NCBI GenBank assembly: GCA_028284945.1
Contig: JANQQJ010000007.1
Coordinates: forward strand, 37,498-61,497
From: Alphaproteobacteria bacterium
GTDB taxonomy: Bacteria; Pseudomonadota; Alphaproteobacteria; SMXS01
Length of the DNA stretch: 24,000 nucleotides
Direction: 5' to 3'
This document shows positions 17,644 through 24,000 of the stretch, in pieces. The position numbers were made by a program, and so were the translations under genes. The notes beneath the pieces were generated by a model. That model worked only from the letters and a program-made list of their open reading frames with translations. It had not been told where the DNA came from and did no database searches. Every line of letters starts with the position of its first letter. The first letter of the stretch is position 1.

Positions 17644-19572
17644 ATGCCCTGGTCTGATGATTTGAATCCTGCAACTCCGGCTTACCAAATTGCCGCTTCG
17701 ACAAATCAACGCGTGCGGGTTGTGGCAGGACCGGGAACGGGCAAGTCCTTCGCTATGAAGCGTCGAGTTGCCCGACTATTAGAGAGTGGCGTAGCACCCG
17801 GCGCGATTCTTCCCGTCACCTTCACACGAGTTGCCGCCGAAGATTTACATCGCGAGCTGGTGGGGATGGGGGCTCCCGGTTGCGACGACCTTGAAGGCGT
17901 CACTCTTCATAGCCTCGCGCTGCGAATGCTCATGCGAAACCATGTGTTGGGTGCTACGGGACGTGTGCCGCGACCGCTGAACGAGTTTGAACTTGAGCCA
18001 CTGATTTGCGACCTGATGGCTGCTCATGGGGGCAAGAAAGAGGTCAAGAAGCTGAGAATGGCCTACGAAGCAGCATGGGCGCGCCTACAACATCAGCAAC
18101 CGGGATACGCGCCGTCTGCAGCAGATGCCGCTTTCCAGGCCGATCTATTGGCTTGGCTTCGCTTTCACGAAGCGATGTTGATTGGCGAGGTCATTCCGCA
18201 ATTTCATCAATATCTGCATTCCAATCCTGCTGCTGCGGAGAGAAGCGAATTCGCCCATATTCTGGTCGATGAATACCAAGACCTAAATCGCGCGGAGCAA
18301 GGAGTGATTGAGCTACTTTCTGACGCAGCAGAGGTGTGCATTGTCGGTGACGATGACCAATCGATTTATAGCTTCAAACATGCCCATCCTGACGGCATTC
18401 GGGAGTGGCTGAATGCTAACGCGGGCGCTGACGATCTCGGGTTGGACGATTGTCGTCGCTGCCCAACTCGTGTGGTCTCGATAGCGAACAGCTTGATCGA
18501 TCATAACGCGCTTCGGCCAGTACCGCGTCCGCTTAACCCGATGCCTGCGAACGGAGAGGGTGACGTTCGGATCATCCAGTACCACGACATCACGCAGGAG
18601 GTTAATGGAGTCGCGGCGCTTGTCGCCCAGATGATCGCCGATGGGGTTCCGGCGGGAGATATCCTTGTACTCACTCAAAGCAGAGCGTTCGGAATGCCTC
18701 TATACGAGGCTCTTGTCGCGGGCGATGTTCCGACCAAGTCGTACTATGCCGAGACGGAACTAAGTCGTGACGACGCACAGCGCGCGTTCGCTTTGCTCAA
18801 ACTGTTCGTAAATCGACAGGATCGGGTCGCCTTGCGTTGGCTCGTCGGAGTCAACGGAAACAACTGGCATGCCGCTGGATATCGCCGCGTGCGTGAGCAC
18901 TGCGAGAATACAGGCGCGTCGCCGTGGGACGCTATGACCCAACTGGAAAGTGGGGCACTTTCCCTTGCATATACAACCGGCATCGTCGAGTCGTTCAGAG
19001 AAATTGTCCAAGAATTGGATGACCTAGAAGCATTGCCTGATCTCTCTGCCGTGGTCGATCACCTTTTCCCTGACGGGCAAGATGCAACACGGGACATTCG
19101 CGCTCTCGCGTTGACCGTTCTCGAGGAGGTGGAAGAGGATGATCGCGAAGCCTTCATTCGTGACCTTTCGACGGCAATCAGCCAGCCTGAAATCCCGACC
19201 GAGATCGAAGACGTGCGAATTATGAGCTTGCATAAGAGCAAGGGGCTAAGCTCTCCCGTCACCATCATCGCGGGGTGCGTCCAAGGGTTGCTACCGCGAC
19301 CTCCGGACGACGGCCTTACGCCCGCAGAGCAGGCTCAACACCTAGAAGAGCAGCGACGACTGTTCTATGTCGGTATAACGCGCGTGAAAGCAGCCCCCCT
19401 TGACGATAAACCAGGCACACTAATCCTGACGTACTGCCAGGAGATGCCGGTTAGAGATGCATTGTCAGTCGGGATCACACCTGCGCAGCAACAGTATGGA
19501 TCAGCGATACTTCACGCGAGTCAGTTCATTCAAGAGCTTGGGCCGACCGCGCCAAACCCCATCGCTGGCTAA
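17644..19572 (+). CDS. UvrD/Rep/PcrA-family SF1 DNA helicase
   Basis: 642 aa with a GGAG RBS. Motifs are Walker A AGPGTGKS, motif II ILVDEYQDLN, motif III IVGDDDQSIYSF, motif V LHKSKGLSSPVTII and motif VI LFYVGITRVK. Codon usage is lower in GC than the core genes. Confidence 0.85.
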   Translation: MPWSDDLNPATPAYQIAASTNQRVRVVAGPGTGKSFAMKRRVARLLESGVAPGAILPVTFTRVAAEDLHRELVGMGAPGCDDLEGVTLHSLALRMLMRNHVLGATGRVPRPLNEFELEPLICDLMAAHGGKKEVKKLRMAYEAAWARLQHQQPGYAPSAADAAFQADLLAWLRFHEAMLIGEVIPQFHQYLHSNPAAAERSEFAHILVDEYQDLNRAEQGVIELLSDAAEVCIVGDDDQSIYSFKHAHPDGIREWLNANAGADDLGLDDCRRCPTRVVSIANSLIDHNALRPVPRPLNPMPANGEGDVRIIQYHDITQEVNGVAALVAQMIADGVPAGDILVLTQSRAFGMPLYEALVAGDVPTKSYYAETELSRDDAQRAFALLKLFVNRQDRVALRWLVGVNGNNWHAAGYRRVREHCENTGASPWDAMTQLESGALSLAYTTGIVESFREIVQELDDLEALPDLSAVVDHLFPDGQDATRDIRALALTVLEEVEEDDREAFIRDLSTAISQPEIPTEIEDVRIMSLHKSKGLSSPVTIIAGCVQGLLPRPPDDGLTPAEQAQHLEEQRRLFYVGITRVKAAPLDDKPGTLILTYCQEMPVRDALSVGITPAQQQYGSAILHASQFIQELGPTAPNPIAG

Positions 19573-19677
19573 CAGCGACATTTGCACGTTTTTGCCAGCC
19601 AGCCGCCGCATGAACGTCGAGCGGGTCCAGCGAGGCGGTGCGTGCCAAAACACCTACCAAGAAGCAGATACGAAAAT

Positions 19678-21084
19678 TCAGTCAGCCAAGGCGCTTGCCT
19701 CATCCGCACGCTGATGCAAAAGGTCGAGCAAGTCCGCAAGCAGGGCCGCGTCTGCGCCCGTCGAAACAGCCAACATGTCCCCAGCCTCTTCTATGGCTTT
19801 GGGCAGGGTCAACCATGGTACGGTTTCGGGCTCCGCCATCAGGCGACGGGTAATTGCAGCGTCGTATGCAAGCCTCGCCGTCTCCTCCATCACATTCGGC
19901 GCTTCGGAATAAATTAGCCTCTGCCCGAGTGAACGCAGCCTGTCGTCGGCAAGTTGCCCAACCAACGCCACGCGATCAAGCCAATCCGTTTCGTGAAAAC
20001 GTTCCATCAGGGCTTTGTCGGTATTGCTGGCAAATCCGTCATAGATTTGTTCTTCGACGTGCGCTGAAGGCTTGCGTTCTTCTCGGGTCTGAAGCAGGGC
20101 TATGACAAGCCGTTCGCAAAGTTCGCTATCGTTTTTCAGGCGCGCGGATCGCCGGTGCAGCTCATCAAGATCCGGTCCGGCGCTGCGTAAGTCTTCCGGT
20201 GCATCATCATATGGCAGGAGAATGGGGCCGGCGTTGGATCGCATGCTGCGAATTGGCTTCGGACGCTCTCCCAATCGCTCAATCAAATCAGACTCGGATA
20301 ATACCGCGAGTTTTTCGGGGTCATGGGCAAGGTCGAAAACAAACATCTCTGACCCGTTGTCAGGATTCACGCCAATATGGGCAACGGTCCATGAATGCGG
20401 TTTCGCATAATAGAAATCGGTGAGGATGAACACGTCCTCCTCGGTAGCAAAATCGGCTACTGCGGCCTTCTGCGCAAAGCGCACAAACCCTGACCAGTGA
20501 CCAGGAACACGATCAGCGATTAGGCGGCACATATTGATCGTGGCTTCGACATCGGCCATAGCGTCATGTGCGTCGGCATGATCGAAGCCGTTGGCTGGCG
20601 CGAGCTGGTCGAGTTTGAAACTGTATCGATTGCGATCGTTAAGCGGAATAGTCAGGGCGTTCGGTTCGAAACGTGCCACGGCCTGAATCATGCGCAAGCT
20701 ATCTGTGCGGCAATTGCCATTCGTGTTGGTTAGATAGGGCGGATGGAGGGTCTTGTATAGGGCTTGGCGCAACAAGTGTTCATCAAAACCGAGTGAATTA
20801 TGGCCGATGAATATGGCCGGGGACCATTCGTTCATCTTGGCCCGGATCGACCGGACCATTTCGTAATGGCTGGGAAGGTCTGGGTCAGTTAGCTGCTCCA
20901 CGGTCACGCCGGTAACGCGCATAGCGCCGGGCGCTGGCACGACATAGGGGAGCAATCGGCACCGAATTTCAAAGCGTTCCAACTCGTTCAGGTCATGGTC
21001 AGCCCTGATCGCCCCGAACTGAAGTATCTGATCAAAGGCTGTATTCGTCCCCGTGGTTTCCGTGTCATAGAAGACGAAACTCAT
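19678..21084 (-). CDS. sbcB: Exodeoxyribonuclease I-like (SbcB family) DEDDh 3'-5' ssDNA exonuclease
   Basis: 468 aa, close to the full length of ExoI. Carries Exo I FYDTETTG, Exo II GHNSLGFDEHLL and Exo III HDAMADVEAT (DEDDh). The N-terminal region parallels E. coli SbcB (...QF.AIR.D......E.......P....P.PGA...TG.T). A GGAGGGG RBS precedes the start. Third gene of the xre-immA operon. Confidence 0.8.
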   Translation of the reverse strand: MSFVFYDTETTGTNTAFDQILQFGAIRADHDLNELERFEIRCRLLPYVVPAPGAMRVTGVTVEQLTDPDLPSHYEMVRSIRAKMNEWSPAIFIGHNSLGFDEHLLRQALYKTLHPPYLTNTNGNCRTDSLRMIQAVARFEPNALTIPLNDRNRYSFKLDQLAPANGFDHADAHDAMADVEATINMCRLIADRVPGHWSGFVRFAQKAAVADFATEEDVFILTDFYYAKPHSWTVAHIGVNPDNGSEMFVFDLAHDPEKLAVLSESDLIERLGERPKPIRSMRSNAGPILLPYDDAPEDLRSAGPDLDELHRRSARLKNDSELCERLVIALLQTREERKPSAHVEEQIYDGFASNTDKALMERFHETDWLDRVALVGQLADDRLRSLGQRLIYSEAPNVMEETARLAYDAAITRRLMAEPETVPWLTLPKAIEEAGDMLAVSTGADAALLADLLDLLHQRADEASALAD

Positions 21085-21110
21085 ATCGCCCCTCCATCAA
21101 TTCGGCTTAC

Positions 21111-21641
21111 TTAGGCGAACAGATTTCCAAGCCTGAACCGCATGGCCGCAGCACTGACCTTATATTTTCTGGCAAGAGCGGTGATCGCCGCTTCATCATC
21201 AATATCGATTGGGTATTCCTTTAGCGACAGCGCCAGAAACGAAGCAGGCATCAAAAGTTCTGCCGCAAAAAGGTTGGCCTCAACCTCCATCTCGTCTTCG
21301 CCGGTAGCGGAATTGGAATCGCGCATAAGCATCGTCGTGAAACTCTTATCGACGTGGATTTCCTTAGTGATTGCACGGCGATGGCACACCAGATGACCGC
21401 ATTCATGCGCAATCGTGAAACGTTGCCGGTTCGGATGATGCAGGGCGTTGACGCCAATGATTGGCGTGCCATCCTTCACATAGACCATCCCGGACAATTC
21501 ATCGTCGAGCGGCGAAAAACGCAGCTGTGCACCGAGTGCTTTCGCGATGCGCTCGACAGGTACAGGAGCGGAAGTCACGTTGTGCTCCGCCAGGAGCTCG
21601 CCTACCTGGCTCTGGATCGATTTTCGTTTGCTCTGCTTCAT
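21111..21641 (-). CDS. ImmA/IrrE-family (M78) zinc metallopeptidase
   Basis: 176 aa with the HExxH motif in FTIAHECGHLVCH. Its start overlaps the xre stop (ATGA at 21638-21641). Confidence 0.85.
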   Translation of the reverse strand: MKQSKRKSIQSQVGELLAEHNVTSAPVPVERIAKALGAQLRFSPLDDELSGMVYVKDGTPIIGVNALHHPNRQRFTIAHECGHLVCHRRAITKEIHVDKSFTTMLMRDSNSATGEDEMEVEANLFAAELLMPASFLALSLKEYPIDIDDEAAITALARKYKVSAAAMRFRLGNLFA

Positions 21642-22006
21642 TCGTCCTCTCTTCCCTCGGCTCCCGCGTCGTGGCTATTCAGCGCACCACCCATGAGATC
21701 TAGCACCTCCCGCCGCTGCTTTTCAGTCAGGCCGTCGCCAGAAATTCGTAAGTCTGATTCCGCGCCATCTCTTTTTGATTTGGGGCGAGGAAGCAGTAAC
21801 AAAGCCGCGGGGGATTCGAGCTGAAGCGCGTCGGCGAGACCAAATAGGTGGTGGACGAGCACCTGCTGGCGTCCTGCCTCGATATTCGCCAGTGATGCGC
21901 GGGAAATGCCAACTTGTTTGGCTAACTGGACCTGCGTGCGCCCAAGCGCCTTGCGCAAGTCCCTGATTCGCATTCCCAAATTCTTGTAGATTTGTTCAGA
22001 TTCCAT
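21638..22006 (-). CDS. XRE-family helix-turn-helix transcriptional regulator
   Basis: 122 aa with an N-terminal HTH (LGMRIRDLRKALGRTQVQLAKQVGISRASLANIEAGRQ). The C-terminal half is charged and likely disordered or involved in oligomerisation. Confidence 0.85.
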   Translation of the reverse strand: MESEQIYKNLGMRIRDLRKALGRTQVQLAKQVGISRASLANIEAGRQQVLVHHLFGLADALQLESPAALLLLPRPKSKRDGAESDLRISGDGLTEKQRREVLDLMGGALNSHDAGAEGREDE

Positions 22007-22014
22007 GACTTCTG

Positions 22015-22041
22015 AATATATACAAACGCGCCTCGTGTCAA
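22015..22041 (-). promoter_or_regulatory. Candidate promoter for xre-immA-exo (short-leader or leaderless)
   Basis: Minus strand has TTGACA (22041-22036) and TATATT (22020-22015). The -10 ends only about 8 nt before the xre ATG, which implies a very short or absent leader. The spacer is about 15 nt if TATATT is used, so the register is uncertain. Confidence 0.35.
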
Positions 22042-22045
22042 TTAG

Positions 22046-22073
22046 ACAAACAAAATGTTTGTATTACAAACAT
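22046..22073. promoter_or_regulatory. Candidate operator: three ACAAAC/GTTTGT half-sites forming two overlapping palindromes
   Basis: ACAAAC (22046-22051), GTTTGT (22057-22062) and ACAAAC (22066-22071). ATGTTTGT-ATT-ACAAACAT (22055-22073) is a perfect 8-bp inverted repeat. A fourth ACAAAC lies at 22022-22027. The sites sit between the divergent xre and ubl operons. Confidence 0.45.
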
Positions 22074-22180
22074 CATTAATGATCTTTTAGTTGACATTTT
22101 TGACCAGGTCGAGCAAAAGGGAATCAGGAACGGGGCCATCCGGCACCGCACCTGAAGCTCTGAGACAAATGGAGGCCTAA

Positions 22181-22435
22181 ATGGCTCAAGAAGAGAAGAA
22201 AACGGTCACGATCGTCATCGACGGGACCCCGCATGAAGTCGAAAAAGGTGAATTGACTTATGTCGAGGTGGTGACTCTCGCGGACCCCGGGTACCCGCAG
22301 CACCCGGAGACGACGTACTCGGTAACCTACAAACGTGGGCACGGCAATAAGCCGGAAGGAACCCTGTCCCCCGGCGGCACGGTCAAGGTTAAAGACGGAA
22401 TGGTTTTCAATGTTTCACGAACTGGTCAGTCATAA
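22181..22435 (+). CDS. Single beta-grasp ubiquitin-like protein of the 'multiubiquitin' type
   Basis: 84 aa with a GGAGG RBS. The sequence is TVTIVIDGTPHEVEKGELTYVEVVTLA...TYSVTYKRGHGNKPEGTLSPGGTVKVKDGMVFNVSRTGQS. From memory this matches the pattern of proteins annotated as multiubiquitin domain-containing that sit next to ThiF-family genes. It does not end in Gly. Confidence 0.7.
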   Translation: MAQEEKKTVTIVIDGTPHEVEKGELTYVEVVTLADPGYPQHPETTYSVTYKRGHGNKPEGTLSPGGTVKVKDGMVFNVSRTGQS

Positions 22436-23579
22436 CAATGACATTAAGAAGCTGCTCGTTAAGGGGTACGCCATTGCGTTGGACAGCAACCACCTTGTCG
22501 TAAGGGACGTTCCCTATATCGACAGCGAAGGGCAGCTGCAGAGCGGCGCAATCGTAAGCAAACTAAAGTTTGTGAATAAACAGCGGGCTGCGCAGCACGA
22601 CCACCAGATATACTTTGCAGGGTCGCATCCGCACGGCATTGACGGCAAGCCGATCAAGAACCTCGGCGGCGGGCCGCACTCCATCACCCTGGACAGCTCC
22701 GATGTTGTTGTCGAGCGCTCGTTCTCTAACAAGCCTAAAAATGGCTTTGCCGATCATTTCGATAAGATCGAGAGTTATGTAAGAATTATTTCAGGCCCGG
22801 CGATGGAACGCGACGGCGCAAACCCGTTCACCTTCAGGAGCACCGAGAAGGTAGCTGGAGAATCGGTTTTTAAATTTCAAGACACGCTAACAAGCCTCGC
22901 TGAGATCGGCGACCTGTCAGCGTTGTTTAAGGATGAGGTAATCGCCATCATCGGCTTGGGCGGGACCGGCTCCTATGTGCTCGACCTGATGGTGAAAACA
23001 CCCGTAAAGCGCATCTTGGGGTACGACCGCGATCCGTACCACGTCCACAACGCCTTCCGATCACCTGGCAGGCTTGATGAGGAGAAATTCGATCAACCGA
23101 AAGCAGCGGTTTATCAAGGACGATACGAAAACTTTCGTGAAGGCGTGACGCTTGTTGCAAAACATATCGATGCGTCCTGTGCAGACGAGCTCAAGGAGGT
23201 CACTTTCGCATTCGTATGTGTCGATAAAGGATCATCGCGGGCAGGTATCTTCGACCTCCTGATCGCGCAATCGATTTCTTTCATTGATGTCGGATTGGGA
23301 CTTGACCGCAAGCAGGGCGCATTGAACGGCATGCTACGGGCCACTTACTTCGCAGCAGACAATGCCGAGGCCTTGCGGGATCGCGATCTTGCAGAGCTTG
23401 TTGATCACGGGAATGACGAGTACCGCGTCAATGTCCAAACAGCGGAGCTTAACGCACTCAATGCCTGCATCGCGGTGATCCGCTACAAGCAGATCAAAGG
23501 CTTCTACCTCGATGAAAACGCATTCAACCACATGCTCTTCAAAGTGAATGATCTGACGATGCTGGGAGAAGAACTATGA
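22410..23579 (+). CDS. ThiF/E1-like adenylyltransferase with Cys-free N-terminal UBC(E2)-like domain
   Basis: 389 aa from ATG 22410 (MFHELVSHNNDIKK...), overlapping the ubl 3' end by 26 nt. The C-terminal half has the Rossmann/adenylation motif IIGLGGTGSYVLDLMVKTPVKRILGYDRD...HNAFRSPG. The N-terminal ~190 aa contain no Cys and include AGSHPHGIDGKPI, reminiscent of the E2 HPN loop. Confidence 0.8.
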   Translation: MFHELVSHNNDIKKLLVKGYAIALDSNHLVVRDVPYIDSEGQLQSGAIVSKLKFVNKQRAAQHDHQIYFAGSHPHGIDGKPIKNLGGGPHSITLDSSDVVVERSFSNKPKNGFADHFDKIESYVRIISGPAMERDGANPFTFRSTEKVAGESVFKFQDTLTSLAEIGDLSALFKDEVIAIIGLGGTGSYVLDLMVKTPVKRILGYDRDPYHVHNAFRSPGRLDEEKFDQPKAAVYQGRYENFREGVTLVAKHIDASCADELKEVTFAFVCVDKGSSRAGIFDLLIAQSISFIDVGLGLDRKQGALNGMLRATYFAADNAEALRDRDLAELVDHGNDEYRVNVQTAELNALNACIAVIRYKQIKGFYLDENAFNHMLFKVNDLTMLGEEL

Positions 23580-23983
23580 TTGACAGGTTCCGTCTCCAGC
23601 GCGTGCAGTACATACCTAAATCGCTTGAACCGGGCATTCTGTATGTATCAGAGGAGTTCGATGTAGCTGCCCATCTGTGCGCATGTGGCTGCGGCACTAA
23701 AGTGACAACGCCGCTGGGGCCAACAGAATGGAAATTTTCTGAGAAGGACGGAGTTCCTAGCCTGTGGCCCTCGATCGGCAACTGGCAGCTTCCATGTAGG
23801 TCGCACTACTCCATCATTGAGAGTCAGACTCGTTGGGGCGAGCAATGGAGCGAAGCGCAAGTCCTTGCTGGCCGCAAAGCTGAAGAAGCTCGGCGAGAGG
23901 CATATTACGTCGAGAAGGATCGGCTTAATCGCAGGCCCTTTGCTCGGTTCTGGCGGTGGGTGCGAGGCCTCTTCAGGCTATGA
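23576..23983 (+). CDS. Small Cys/His-rich protein (DUF6527-like), probable zinc binder with amphipathic basic-aromatic tail
   Basis: 135 aa; its start overlaps the E1 stop (ATGA). It carries H-x-C-x-C-x-C (HLCACGCG) plus C-x-x-H (PCRSHY), and a C-terminal RRPFARFWRWVRGLFRL. From memory this resembles the DUF6527 family that co-occurs with multiubiquitin/ThiF pairs; I could not verify this here. Confidence 0.55.
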   Translation: MIDRFRLQRVQYIPKSLEPGILYVSEEFDVAAHLCACGCGTKVTTPLGPTEWKFSEKDGVPSLWPSIGNWQLPCRSHYSIIESQTRWGEQWSEAQVLAGRKAEEARREAYYVEKDRLNRRPFARFWRWVRGLFRL

Positions 23984-24000
23984 TGGCCGACACAAAGTGA

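Noticed and set aside
19573-19677. A bidirectional terminator between the convergent helicase and exonuclease genes
   Set aside because: Only short stems with large loops are present (for example CCGCC...GGCGG with a ~26-nt loop), and there are no flanking T/A tracts. No convincing intrinsic terminator was found.
22335-22409. The 25-codon N-terminal extension of the E1-like ORF
   Set aside because: It lies entirely inside the Ubl gene in another frame and reads as low-complexity sequence (MGTAISRKEPCPPAARSRLKTEWFS). ATG 22410 gives a compact 26-nt overlap typical of coupled operons. This remains an inference.

Overview
The window looks like an alphaproteobacterial chromosome, judging from gene order and GC-rich codon usage, and splits into three parts.

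(1) Positions 1-9650 are a minus-strand housekeeping block. It carries ctpA (partial), an EnvC-like degenerate M23 protein, gpmI, rlmH, rsfS, nadD, proA, proB, obgE, rpmA and rplU.

(2) tRNA-Ser(CGA) sits at 9865-9954 and is followed by a 6.4 kb RNA-repair island. The island has the layout rtcR <> rsr(Ro60)-three tandem Y-RNA-like ncRNAs-rtcB-rtcA, and the first ncRNA carries a permuted tRNA mimic (YrlA type). A degenerate 213-bp direct repeat brackets the island. The repeat includes the tRNA-Ser 3' end (9918-10130 and 16364-16576).

(3) From about 16.4 kb to the window end the DNA is lower in GC and looks accessory. It holds a transposase C-terminal remnant, a truncated ardC, an orphan UvrD-like SF1 helicase and an operon of XRE repressor, ImmA/IrrE metallopeptidase and full-length ExoI-like (SbcB) exonuclease. 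Transcribed divergently from that operon is a tightly coupled trio: a single beta-grasp 'multiubiquitin'-type protein, a fusion of a Cys-free UBC-like domain to a ThiF/E1 adenylation domain, and a small Cys/His-rich protein. This trio runs to the window edge.

The most interesting candidate is 19.7-24.0 kb, where a ubiquitination-like module sits under an apparent CapH/CapP-like regulatory pair that is co-transcribed with an ssDNA exonuclease. The triple Y-RNA array with helix covariation is second. An in-frame nadD-TGA-rsfS junction with no canonical rsfS start is a smaller oddity. No CRISPR array was seen.
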